64,000 bases of DNA from a virus (Duplodnaviria > Caudoviricetes). This document shows positions 18,500 to 27,884 of the stretch, piece after piece (within the stretch, counting starts at the first letter, position 1; each line of letters starts with the position of its first letter). The stretch covers positions 10,628 to 74,627 of the IMG/VR virus record IMGVR_UViG_3300002185_000031; one strand, written 5' to 3'. The notes beneath the pieces are model-generated. The model saw only the letters and a list, made by a program, of their open reading frames with translations. It was not told the DNA's origin and did not search any database. A program made the position numbers and the translations under genes.

Positions 18500-21324
18500 T
18501 ACGGTGTCCCCCCTGTTCTGTACATGCCATCGTTGTCAACACGCCAATTTTGCGCCCAACTATGCTCACTATCATTGAATGTAAAGTTATAAATCCCCTC
18601 TGGTTCAAGATATGACGCTTCATAGCCGCCAAGTTTTGAAAACACATCTGTAAACACATCAAAAAACATATCGGATAGCGGCTCGTTAATATCAATATTA
18701 AGTCCTAATTTATTTTGCCAATCTGGGTTAATAGTTCCGGGAAGCTGCATTGATATTTTTATCCCTGCATATCTAGGCCGTCCAGCCGCTTCATTTGCGG
18801 CTATTATCGGCAAAGCCCAAGGTGCATCAACCGTAATAAGATTAAACCAATGGTCATCACTTTCAGGATGTATTTTTACTTCGTCCATTCTGTAAACATA
18901 GGTATATTGCTGTACACCGCCTGTAGGTAGTGGCAAACCGCCGCCTGTGCCTGTTGTAAGCACTGCAAAACTCATGCCCTCATAAATGCCGAATGTTGGC
19001 AAATCTGCATCATCGGGTTTAGAAGTAAACACAGGGGTTATTGCTCTTATCGGATTAGTTTGTGTGCCTGCTCCTGTTGTACTCACGTCATCAGTATATA
19101 CCGCAGATACTCCACCGTTGCCATTACTGCCAATGCTCTGCCATTCGCTCCAAACACCTTTCATTTTCCCACGATATTCAAAAGTAATAGCATCATCAGG
19201 ATAAGGCGAAATTAATTCGTCTGTATTATCATATATCAATACATTATTTGACAAAGCAAAGCAATAAGGCACATAAGCGGAATTGCCTAATTGACTGTGC
19301 AAAATCATTGCCCAACCTGTCGGTTGAATAATATAAAAATGGTTTGGAGACCCACCAGCTATTTCATCGTTAAATGGCGAACGTGTCCAATATGTTGAAG
19401 CTACATTGCTTTCATTACGCATGATGCGGCTTGCTTGGTCGGTGAACAAATCAAATGCCGCACCCTCTAACGGAGGTGTTCCACCAGACACATCTTCCGG
19501 CACATTTAATTCTGCCAAAGATGGGATAAATAGTCTTGTTAAAAGCCCGTCATCACCTTTACCAACTGTACCATAAACAGGGTCTCGGCTTTCCAATACA
19601 GGTATACGTATTTCCTCAATTAGCGAACGCAACCCACGGGGAATAGTCATAATTGTACTTGTGTTTAATTCTTTGTGTAATTGGCTATTAGGCCATGTCC
19701 ACCACGGTTCATTAAATGAGTTTACTGGACTTCTTAAAGGCGGCAATGGGTCACAAATAAAAAATGTAATGTCAGGATTGCCCCTATAATCAGCGTTTGG
19801 AAAGCCTTGATTTGCTATAGTATAAGTTCTGCCTTTATAGTATACCTTTGTGCCGATCGCTTTATCTTTCAACTTTGTATATCCAGCAGGGGCAGGGTCA
19901 TCGCTTAATTCATAATGATTAGGCTTTTGTACTACTGCCATTTGCCAGCCATTTTCTTTTTTATCGTCATAATACGCCGTATTAAATGTCGCCTTTGATT
20001 CAGGTGTGTAAGACGGCGGCGGATTTATTAGCATCTGCCCTTGTGTTACAATATCTGTACCCACTTCAAAATCATGTGTATCTGCGCCGTATTTTTTTTC
20101 GGTTATACGATATAAGTCTGTACGCATTACATCTCTGTTTATATCATCCCATACAGACCATTTATCTGTGCGTATCCAACCAGTCCATTGCTCCCAATCG
20201 TACATAATGTTAATGTATGTAAATGGGGTGAAAAATGAAAATGGATTGAATATTACAAGCGTCTGTATAACCATAGGCTCAAAGCCATTAAAAACATGGT
20301 CAAAATGTTCTATTTTTAAAGAACGGCGTAAACTGTGTGGGTCGGCGGCAGCCGGAAATCCCACAGGCTCATCTGCGGGGGTAGAATCAAAGCGAACCAG
20401 TATTTTACCCGGCGTTTTGAAATCCGAATACCTATCTACCTTTGTATACCCATCATAATCAACACTAATCCCACCATGCTCGTCAACCGTATGTGGGTAT
20501 AAAGCCAAATCCTCATAATGTCTTGACATATGGGAAAAACTTGGGGCTTTATTATCAAGGTCAGGCTCATCACCTTCATAAATTGGTGGGAAGCCGAATA
20601 TATCTGTGCCGACTTTTGGAATGTCATCAATAGACTTTCCACTATCCACAACTTGCCCGTCTTCATCAAATATTGCAATATTATCTTTATCAGCGGTTAG
20701 CACAAGTCTCATCGTATCATCTTGCAAATTCGCAACAGCCGTTTTTAAAGCTGCTATATCAGCCAAAATAGGCGCAAGATTGACATCGCCGCCTCCACCT
20801 AATTCTAAAGCCTCCACACGCAAAACAAGAGCATCTAATGCGGCTGGAAGAGCTTGCAAGAGCGTTATATCTGCCTCCATATCATTAATTAAGGCTTTTA
20901 TATCAGATATATCATTTTCGATTGCCGTTAAATCAGGCGGCGTACCTCCCAAATCGAGATTGTTAATCGCATCCTCCAAATCTTCAATGGCATTTTTCAA
21001 AATCATAATGTTTTTCCTAGTTCTATCTTGAAAATAAGACGAAAAACCATTGATTATATTTGTACCCGCTGCCCAAGATTGCGCTGAGGTTCTGTTTTCA
21101 AAATTACGTATCACGCCTGTCAATGTAGTTGCTGTTTTACCACCATAATAGATAGTCTCTGAATGTTCGCCATCATCGCTATATAGTGTCGCTACATTAG
21201 GGGCAGGCCACATGATATTAGCATTGACAACAGTTATAGTTGTGGTTGTGGCGGTTAAGTTCATAGTTATTTCTGTAATTATACTCTCTCTTGGAGCATC
21301 GTAAATATCGTAAATATTAGGCAT
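18499..21324 (-). CDS. Tail fibre / adhesin 3 with coiled coil and DUF6273/CLec-like domain
   Basis: ETIYYGGK..LTGVIR N-terminus; W.NSQLHKELN, LFIPSLAEL, YWTRSP, VPYCFAL. Confidence 0.75.
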   Translation of the reverse strand: MPNIYDIYDAPRESIITEITMNLTATTTTITVVNANIMWPAPNVATLYSDDGEHSETIYYGGKTATTLTGVIRNFENRTSAQSWAAGTNIINGFSSYFQDRTRKNIMILKNAIEDLEDAINNLDLGGTPPDLTAIENDISDIKALINDMEADITLLQALPAALDALVLRVEALELGGGGDVNLAPILADIAALKTAVANLQDDTMRLVLTADKDNIAIFDEDGQVVDSGKSIDDIPKVGTDIFGFPPIYEGDEPDLDNKAPSFSHMSRHYEDLALYPHTVDEHGGISVDYDGYTKVDRYSDFKTPGKILVRFDSTPADEPVGFPAAADPHSLRRSLKIEHFDHVFNGFEPMVIQTLVIFNPFSFFTPFTYINIMYDWEQWTGWIRTDKWSVWDDINRDVMRTDLYRITEKKYGADTHDFEVGTDIVTQGQMLINPPPSYTPESKATFNTAYYDDKKENGWQMAVVQKPNHYELSDDPAPAGYTKLKDKAIGTKVYYKGRTYTIANQGFPNADYRGNPDITFFICDPLPPLRSPVNSFNEPWWTWPNSQLHKELNTSTIMTIPRGLRSLIEEIRIPVLESRDPVYGTVGKGDDGLLTRLFIPSLAELNVPEDVSGGTPPLEGAAFDLFTDQASRIMRNESNVASTYWTRSPFNDEIAGGSPNHFYIIQPTGWAMILHSQLGNSAYVPYCFALSNNVLIYDNTDELISPYPDDAITFEYRGKMKGVWSEWQSIGSNGNGGVSAVYTDDVSTTGAGTQTNPIRAITPVFTSKPDDADLPTFGIYEGMSFAVLTTGTGGGLPLPTGGVQQYTYVYRMDEVKIHPESDDHWFNLITVDAPWALPIIAANEAAGRPRYAGIKISMQLPGTINPDWQNKLGLNIDINEPLSDMFFDVFTDVFSKLGGYEASYLEPEGIYNFTFNDSEHSWAQNWRVDNDGMYRTGGTP

Positions 21325-21417
21325 TTCAATCCTCCTCAATCGTAACCAACTGCTTAATTGGTCTATCATAGCCAATTGTAAAAGTCTTTTGAATAATCCC
21401 TGTCGGCGGCATGGGGG

Positions 21418-22890
21418 CTATTGTAGGTATATATATGGCACAACCTCAAAATGTAAATCACCCAAAACAGGCAGATAAAGCATTTCTTGATTTTGCTCTA
21501 TTCTTATACGCCCACGCTCATTATTCACAAGGATATTTTCAAAATCTAAATCAACCAATAAGCGGGCATCTTGAAATCTTGCTCCTATAGTTGTACCGCT
21601 TACCAAAGTCCAGAAAGTATGTGTTTGAATTACCGCCTCAGCAGGGAAATAGCGAGATAAATCCATAATTCTACTATCATTATGCTCTGCTGCCAATTGT
21701 TCAAATTTTTCAAGAATGTCCACATATGTATTAGAAATGCCCTCATTTACATAATAAGTGCGTTCCCATTCATCAAAAACACTTTGGCGTGTTTCTCTAA
21801 AATATTCCTCTACTATTTCCTGCAAGCGTGTTTCGATTTGCCCTAGCTGCAAGTCAGATGTTAGAACTATGCGGAAAAATAAGTCTATTGGTAATTCTGT
21901 AGGCGTATCTACAGTAACTCTATGCCCTATAGGCGCAATACCTATCCCTGTATTCCCATTTGCCATACCGTTAGCTTTACCGCTTGCCCCTGCCCCGCTT
22001 TGATTTGCGGGGTCTAAAGATTCTTGCACATGAGCCGCAAAAGAAGCTGATACAGGGAGATTGCTTGTATCGGCAATGAATATTTTAACAGTTCCTTCAC
22101 CCCGCCAAACAGGAAATACCGCAACTTCACCAACTCCATCAATAGCTTGCGTTTCAGCTATATATTGTGCCACATTACCGCCAAAAGCCCTACGGCGCAA
22201 AAAGCGCAAAAAACGGCGGCGGTATGCCTCGTCTGTTTCTCGATTTTGCCCCGGTTTGTACGCAATAGTATCAGTTATAACAGCCCTGCCGATACCACCG
22301 ATAGGACTGGCAGGGGATAAGTCGCCGAAATAGGTATTACCTATATCTCCATAGCTCTCACATTGAAATAATACATGTCCGTCTTTAGTTTGGTTTATGA
22401 AAAATACAATAGGCTCTGTTGTGTCACGTGTGATAAAGCGGCTGCCAAGTGGAAAGTCTGCCATTTGCCCCATATTGTCTAAAGTAAAGCCTTGTCTTAT
22501 GGCTTGCGTTTCGCCAAATCTATGAAAATCATAATCTCGCCCCAAGTCATCAAGATTATTCCCCGTTGCAGTATAAACAAATACCTGTTGCCGCATAATC
22601 CGAATCAATATAGTTAAATCATTAATAGCAATGCTGATAGGCATATATCGCTGAAAATCTGGCGAAGTCCAGCGACTGTCAAAAGGATTTTCAAGCGGCG
22701 TACCGTCCTCGTTGGTGTTTAGACGCTCAAACATTCTATAAACAATCTGACGGGCATCTGTGCGGGTGTCGCTTAAATCGCTTAAATCGGATAATAGAGT
22801 TGTTAAAAGGTCGTTAAATTGTCTATCGCCGTCATGTATTTTTATCTGTTCGAGAATATCATTTTTGAATAGCTCTAGCTCATGCCGCAT
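21418..22890 (-). CDS. Baseplate J-like protein (XkdT)
   Basis: TATGNNLDDLG, CESYGDIGN, ETDEAYRRRF, FGGNVAQY, VFPVWRGEGTVKI, APIGHRVTV. Confidence 0.95.
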   Translation of the reverse strand: MRHELELFKNDILEQIKIHDGDRQFNDLLTTLLSDLSDLSDTRTDARQIVYRMFERLNTNEDGTPLENPFDSRWTSPDFQRYMPISIAINDLTILIRIMRQQVFVYTATGNNLDDLGRDYDFHRFGETQAIRQGFTLDNMGQMADFPLGSRFITRDTTEPIVFFINQTKDGHVLFQCESYGDIGNTYFGDLSPASPIGGIGRAVITDTIAYKPGQNRETDEAYRRRFLRFLRRRAFGGNVAQYIAETQAIDGVGEVAVFPVWRGEGTVKIFIADTSNLPVSASFAAHVQESLDPANQSGAGASGKANGMANGNTGIGIAPIGHRVTVDTPTELPIDLFFRIVLTSDLQLGQIETRLQEIVEEYFRETRQSVFDEWERTYYVNEGISNTYVDILEKFEQLAAEHNDSRIMDLSRYFPAEAVIQTHTFWTLVSGTTIGARFQDARLLVDLDFENILVNNERGRIRIEQNQEMLYLPVLGDLHFEVVPYIYLQ

Positions 22891-22989
22891 TTGTTCACCG
22901 CTTTCTTTGCAATAAAAAGCCGCCTTCACAGGCGGCTAGTAGAAGGATTGCAATGTGTCTTTTAATTAGTTGGGGTTAGGGTGTTGGTA

Positions 22990-23796
22990 TTATTGATTAA
23001 TCATTTCAACGCCATCTAGCACAAGAGAAATCATAGTCATTGCACGTCCAAGCAATGCATCATCATCATCTTGGAAAATAAAACGTGCATGAAAATCAAT
23101 GTTATCAGTAAATTCTCTGTTTTCTAGCATTGTTCTAACTCTTGCTATGGCCGCTGAAGTTGTAGCAAGCTCCAACATACGCTCAAATTCTGCCCTATCA
23201 AATGCTCGAATAGTTCCAACTATGCCGTATTCATCAGCATCTCGATAGCCAAAAATAGTATCGAGCATCATATTATAATCAGGACTAAGCTCAACTCCTG
23301 TCAAAATAGGCAGCTGTTCATCGAGCACATCAAGCATCATGTTCACATATATGAAAAAAGTGCTGTAATCTCTCACATTACCCACTATTTCTCCGCGTGA
23401 AACAAGATCTCTCGTGAACATTTCAATAGTATAACGATTTTGATTATCCCAACTTACCGCATGAACCTCCATCGTAACTATATCAAGTGAGCCATTTTTA
23501 GTAAAAACAGTAAATTCTCTACTTGACAGAGTTGATACGGTATAAACCCTAAACGTATCTGCTAATATATGATGCTCAACCACAAATCGCACATTGGTTA
23601 TGAATCCAATGCCAACCTCATCAAGAGCATTTGATATTTCATTAGCAGCTACAACAGAGTATCCGAAACGCTCGTGGAAAGTACGAGCTACTTCTGATAC
23701 TGGCTCAAGGTTTCTTGCGCATCCGGTCGCTATCACAGATAGAGCAAATATCGCAATGACAACAAACATACGAGCTACATTTGTAAAAATCTTCAT
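22990..23796 (-). CDS. Lipoprotein moron (possible superinfection exclusion)
   Basis: Signal peptide with lipobox VIATG-C; own terminator at ~22916-22938; interrupts the baseplate genes. Confidence 0.7.
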   Translation of the reverse strand: MKIFTNVARMFVVIAIFALSVIATGCARNLEPVSEVARTFHERFGYSVVAANEISNALDEVGIGFITNVRFVVEHHILADTFRVYTVSTLSSREFTVFTKNGSLDIVTMEVHAVSWDNQNRYTIEMFTRDLVSRGEIVGNVRDYSTFFIYVNMMLDVLDEQLPILTGVELSPDYNMMLDTIFGYRDADEYGIVGTIRAFDRAEFERMLELATTSAAIARVRTMLENREFTDNIDFHARFIFQDDDDALLGRAMTMISLVLDGVEMINQ

Positions 23797-23826
23797 GAAA
23801 ATCATCTCCAAAGTTTATTTTTTGTG

Positions 23827-23927
23827 TTGACAAATCAAACTTATGATGATATAATGTAATCAATCTCCTAAGTTTGATTCTTGGAAATGCTCATGAACTC
23901 CCATTACATGAGCATTTCTTTTTTTTT
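23827..23927 (+). ncRNA. Consensus promoter plus ~65-nt terminated antisense RNA
   Basis: TTGACA(23827)-N17-TATAAT(23850); hairpin gaaatgctcatg/catgagcatttc followed by T9 (23884-23927). Confidence 0.6.
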
Positions 23928-24051
23928 CGAGGTCTTTTAATATAATCTCAAGTAAATAGTCCTTTAGCGACTTACCCTCAAGAACTGTTTGCATTTTGAT
24001 TTGTTTAAAAGTTTCCTCGCTCACCCTAATACTCAAATAACGTTTAGACAC
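23860..24051 (-). CDS. Ribbon-helix-helix (CopG/Arc-like) regulator
   Basis: KRYLSIRVSEETFKQIK..SLKDYLLEII; promoter TTGACA-aatgtgcgcatgtgcgc-TATACT with tandem TGTGCGC repeats. Confidence 0.8.
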   Translation of the reverse strand: MSKRYLSIRVSEETFKQIKMQTVLEGKSLKDYLLEIILKDLEKKRNAHVMGVHEHFQESNLGD

Positions 24052-24119
24052 GCTGCTCACCTCCCAAAAACAGTATAGCGCACATGCGCACATTTGTCAA
24101 GAGGTTTTTTAAAATATTT

Positions 24120-24575
24120 TTAAAAATTTATTTGCGCTCTATTTTGCGCCAATGGTATCTCAAATTCCTCCGCAAAAGTGCCATAAATACTCTGCACTTC
24201 AAATTCAACCGCTGCCATGCCGAATTGAGGCTGCCATGTTCGCACTAGGATAACTCGCAATATGCGGTTATCTTGTAGTAAAGCATCTTGAAATACGCTC
24301 TCAACCTTAGTCTGAAAATATCCAAAAGACTTACCGATAAACTGTTCAAGCTCAATGCCCTCATTAGACAAGCACCCAATCCATGAATAACGCTCTGTAT
24401 TTACAATATGCCAAATAGCATTACGAACGGCAGATACTCCGTCAACTTCGCCATTTATGCGGCTTTCATCATCAAAAGATATAGCATCGACAACACGAAT
24501 ATAAGCAGGCGCACGTGATGGGCGGCGCACTGTTTGGATTGGCAAAGCTAAATCGTCTCTTAATCCTCTAATCAA
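24120..24575 (-). CDS. Baseplate protein (XkdS/DUF2634, gp25-like)
   Basis: AVRNAIWHIVNTERYS..GIELEQFIG..DALLQDNRI..SIYG. Confidence 0.9.
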   Translation of the reverse strand: MIRGLRDDLALPIQTVRRPSRAPAYIRVVDAISFDDESRINGEVDGVSAVRNAIWHIVNTERYSWIGCLSNEGIELEQFIGKSFGYFQTKVESVFQDALLQDNRILRVILVRTWQPQFGMAAVEFEVQSIYGTFAEEFEIPLAQNRAQINF

Positions 24576-26707
24576 CCCATCGCCCCCCTGTAATTCCGAT
24601 TACCTCCATTGCGTAAATCATGATTCAATGCGCGCTGTAATCCCTCGGCAACATATGGGGCGGCATATTCTCCCGCTCTCTGTGCTATCCGCTCCCGCTC
24701 TACGTCTGATAGTTGATTTGCATATACCTGTTCATTTATGCCTCCCACATTTACAACAATCGGGGTGCTTGTATAACTGCCCCCTGCTCCAAAATAGACA
24801 TAACCTGCAACATCTTCTTTGAGGCGCATTATTTCCCCTCGTATTTCTTGGTTTGCAGGGTCTGATACAAGTAAAGCGTTACCTTGTGCGGTTCTGACAG
24901 TTCCGTATGGGCTTGCTGCTCTTTCTGCGGCTGAAAATGTTAGATTTCTTAGCTGGTCAATCTGCCGCCTTATCCCCGCATATGCCTCTTCCGATACATC
25001 TTCGTGCATTTTCAATGCCGCCATGCGTGCCTCTACCAAATCCCATACGCTTTCTGTAGCTAAATCTGTTGTGCCAATAAAATGTTTTAAAGCACCTGTT
25101 TCAGCATCCCATACAGCAACCATATCTAACAAGGCATTTGCTTGCCTAACCCCCATAAGGTTTATTTGTGCCTGTGTCACGTCAAAAACTGCATCCTCAA
25201 CATTGCGTAGTTCGCCATATTCATCGAAAAGAAATTGCAAATATTGAGGTGACATGTTCATTATAGAAGTGAACTGGTCAAGAGTAACGCCATATTCGGT
25301 GTTCATTGCCTCAATGGCATTGCTTAGGTTGTAGTGTGCATCTCTTAGGCTTTCGGCGGCTGAATATATGTCTCGGTATGAGCGTAAGATATTACGGTTC
25401 ATTTGCTCCTGCGCTCTTTCGATAGCATTTTGTCGGGCATCTCTTGCGTTCATTCTTTCCGTTTCTTCATCGTGATAATCATTGTTAATGGCGGCTAATC
25501 TTTCTCTTTGTATAGCTGTGAACAAAATGGCCTCATCAAGTTCACCAAATCTTTCTATCATTTCATCTAAAGTCGCAACTGTTTCCATGTGACTAGGAAT
25601 AGTTGAATCACGCAACTCATTTGCATGTATTCTCATAGCCTCAATATTATCAAAAAATAAACTTCTTTCATCAAATGATGAAAAATGAATGCCTTCCTCA
25701 AGCGATGACAACATTCTTTCGGTTGCATCAATCATGTTTTCGGTTGATTGGAATACTACTTCACTAAGATTGCCGCTAAGAGAGGCTCTAAGTCGTTCCA
25801 TAAATGTTGTTTGTGCTCTTTCAGTCTGAGTTAAAGCTCTAAAAGCCTCATGTTGTAGCTGCTCAATCCCCCTAGTTTCCTTCTCGAAGGATAATCTATC
25901 CAATGCTTGTATTTGACTTCCAAGCAGTTGATTTTCTCTTTCAAAACGACTAATGAGCGATTCACTCGCCCCAAGCTCATTCATACGCTCCATAAGGCGT
26001 ATATTCTCAATCAAACTGCGCTCTAATCGTTCGCTTTCATTTGATAATCTTTCAGAACGGCTTAATAAATCATCAGCACTAGGCACAACTACGCTATCAG
26101 TTTCACGAGAAAACACCTGCAAAGCTGAAACAACACCCATTATAGCGGTTGCGATTAAGGCAATCGGTCCCAACGCCATTGTTAATTTTGTTGCAACAGG
26201 TACAGAAGCGTTCATAGCGTTTCGTAATTGCGTTACCGCTTGCACTGATTGACGTGCATGGTTTGGAATTTTCCCTAATTCGGCAACAGAGCCACCGAAC
26301 ACTTTAGTCAATTGCTGAACACCGCGGGCGGCATTTTGGGCTGTCCTGTCTATCTTTTTAACTTCTTTGTTGAACTCTTCAACTTTTTCAGTCTTTTCTT
26401 CAATAGCCTCCGCCATCTCGGCTATGAGTTCAGTCGTTTCTCCCATTGCCTCTTGCATTATTTCAATCACTTCATTGTGTTCTTGCGTTGCCTCGTTGGT
26501 TTCCTCTATTGTTTCGCTGATATTTTCAAAAGCCGATTGCATATCTCCAGCATATAAACCTAAAATTTCAATAGATTCAGCCGCATCCTCGGCGGCGGTG
26601 GATATACCCTCAAATATATTTATTGTATCCTTAATATTCTGTTGAATAGCCAAAAGGGCGGCAGACATTTCATCTTCTAAGATTATTTTATTACGGATTT
26701 CAGCCAT
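24572..26707 (-). CDS. Tape measure protein (711 aa)
   Basis: Helical and Ala/Glu-rich; follows tube and chaperone genes. Confidence 0.85.
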   Translation of the reverse strand: MAEIRNKIILEDEMSAALLAIQQNIKDTINIFEGISTAAEDAAESIEILGLYAGDMQSAFENISETIEETNEATQEHNEVIEIMQEAMGETTELIAEMAEAIEEKTEKVEEFNKEVKKIDRTAQNAARGVQQLTKVFGGSVAELGKIPNHARQSVQAVTQLRNAMNASVPVATKLTMALGPIALIATAIMGVVSALQVFSRETDSVVVPSADDLLSRSERLSNESERLERSLIENIRLMERMNELGASESLISRFERENQLLGSQIQALDRLSFEKETRGIEQLQHEAFRALTQTERAQTTFMERLRASLSGNLSEVVFQSTENMIDATERMLSSLEEGIHFSSFDERSLFFDNIEAMRIHANELRDSTIPSHMETVATLDEMIERFGELDEAILFTAIQRERLAAINNDYHDEETERMNARDARQNAIERAQEQMNRNILRSYRDIYSAAESLRDAHYNLSNAIEAMNTEYGVTLDQFTSIMNMSPQYLQFLFDEYGELRNVEDAVFDVTQAQINLMGVRQANALLDMVAVWDAETGALKHFIGTTDLATESVWDLVEARMAALKMHEDVSEEAYAGIRRQIDQLRNLTFSAAERAASPYGTVRTAQGNALLVSDPANQEIRGEIMRLKEDVAGYVYFGAGGSYTSTPIVVNVGGINEQVYANQLSDVERERIAQRAGEYAAPYVAEGLQRALNHDLRNGGNRNYRGAMG

Positions 26708-26905
26708 CTAACCGCCCTCTTTCTCATGTTTTTCTTTCCAATATCGCTCTAAATCATACTGCACGGATGGCAAAACCCATCCAACTAAAACGCCTTGCTT
26801 ATATGGCGTGAGCTTTACGAAGTCCCAAGGCAGAACCCCGTACTTTTCGGCGATTTTTTCCATACACATCATCATTGCATTAACAGGCTCGCCATCATCT
26901 CTCAC
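26708..26905 (-). CDS. Tail assembly chaperone, frameshift (gpT-like) segment
   Basis: Lies in the -1 frame relative to 26914-27357, after the slippery heptamer A AAA AAC at 26917-26923. Confidence 0.75.
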   Translation of the reverse strand: MRDDGEPVNAMMMCMEKIAEKYGVLPWDFVKLTPYKQGVLVGWVLPSVQYDLERYWKEKHEKEGG

Positions 26906-26913
26906 GCCATATG

Positions 26914-27357
26914 TTAGTTTTTTATCTCTTCGCCGATTTCAAATACTTCATCTTCTTGTTTTTCTGTTGCGGAATCAGTAAACTGCTGGATATGGTTATA
27001 CAGTTGGGTTACTCCATACGCCCCTAAAGCGGTTTTAACAAAATCAACCTTTGATTCTGCACCCGATTCTTGTATTTCATCGTCAAGCAAATCAGAAAAT
27101 TCCAAGGTGCATCTTATCACCATATCAAGCATGATTTCGCCATGCAAGCCCTCGGCATCCAGCCCATCATTATCTCTCATAGCATTGCTTATTCTGGCTC
27201 TGGCAACGGCAAGCCTTGACATGTCATCATAATTTTGCGGTCGGATGGTAAATGATATTTGCTTGCTTCGGATTTCAATTTCAACTTGTTTTGTGGTTTG
27301 CTCAAATTGCTTGCCTTCGTTGTAAAGGTCAAGCAATGGGTTTTGTTTTAGTGTCAT
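26914..27357 (-). CDS. Tail assembly chaperone (XkdN/gpG-like)
   Basis: Position between tube and tape measure; ends in a slippery site. Confidence 0.8.
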   Translation of the reverse strand: MTLKQNPLLDLYNEGKQFEQTTKQVEIEIRSKQISFTIRPQNYDDMSRLAVARARISNAMRDNDGLDAEGLHGEIMLDMVIRCTLEFSDLLDDEIQESGAESKVDFVKTALGAYGVTQLYNHIQQFTDSATEKQEDEVFEIGEEIKN

Positions 27358-27872
27358 TATTGGCTCACTCCTTGCACGGTTCTAAATTGTTCGAGTAGCA
27401 CTTTAGCACCAGGCGGGGCAGTCATTACAACGCTCCCTGTTCTTGGCGAAGTGGAATCAGAACTGGAGTTTTCATATCCAGTATGCTCCAGCATTTCCCA
27501 GCCGTTGTATCTAACCATACGCTGACCATTGAGCCGTGTTGTCTGCTCGTCTCTGGTTGTTATAGTCATAGCGATTTCGTTATATATGCCGTTATGCATA
27601 TCCTCCTCTATCTGCTCCCAGCTGCCGCCGTCTGTGCCTAAAAGATAGGTAAATTCTAAACGATAATGCGTAAGAGTAGAACGTTCTAAAACCCCCGCTC
27701 CTGCAACAGTTACAGATACATTTTGATATTGCGGTGTTATGGTTATATTAGTCATTTCACCGACAATGCGTGCTGGTCTGCCCTCACGAGTATACTCTGC
27801 GATAAATTCAGACTGCCTCACAAAAGTATTGCGTATAGTGCGGTGGAACGGATTTAATTTTTTGATTGCCAT
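27357..27872 (-). CDS. Tail tube protein (XkdM-like)
   Basis: Directly follows the sheath gene; 171 aa, beta-rich. Confidence 0.8.
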   Translation of the reverse strand: MAIKKLNPFHRTIRNTFVRQSEFIAEYTREGRPARIVGEMTNITITPQYQNVSVTVAGAGVLERSTLTHYRLEFTYLLGTDGGSWEQIEEDMHNGIYNEIAMTITTRDEQTTRLNGQRMVRYNGWEMLEHTGYENSSSDSTSPRTGSVVMTAPPGAKVLLEQFRTVQGVSQ

Positions 27873-27884
27873 TTTTATCCCCCC

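Noticed and set aside
19230-19880. Diversity-generating retroelement
   Set aside because: No reverse transcriptase and no adenine-mismatched template repeat found in the window.
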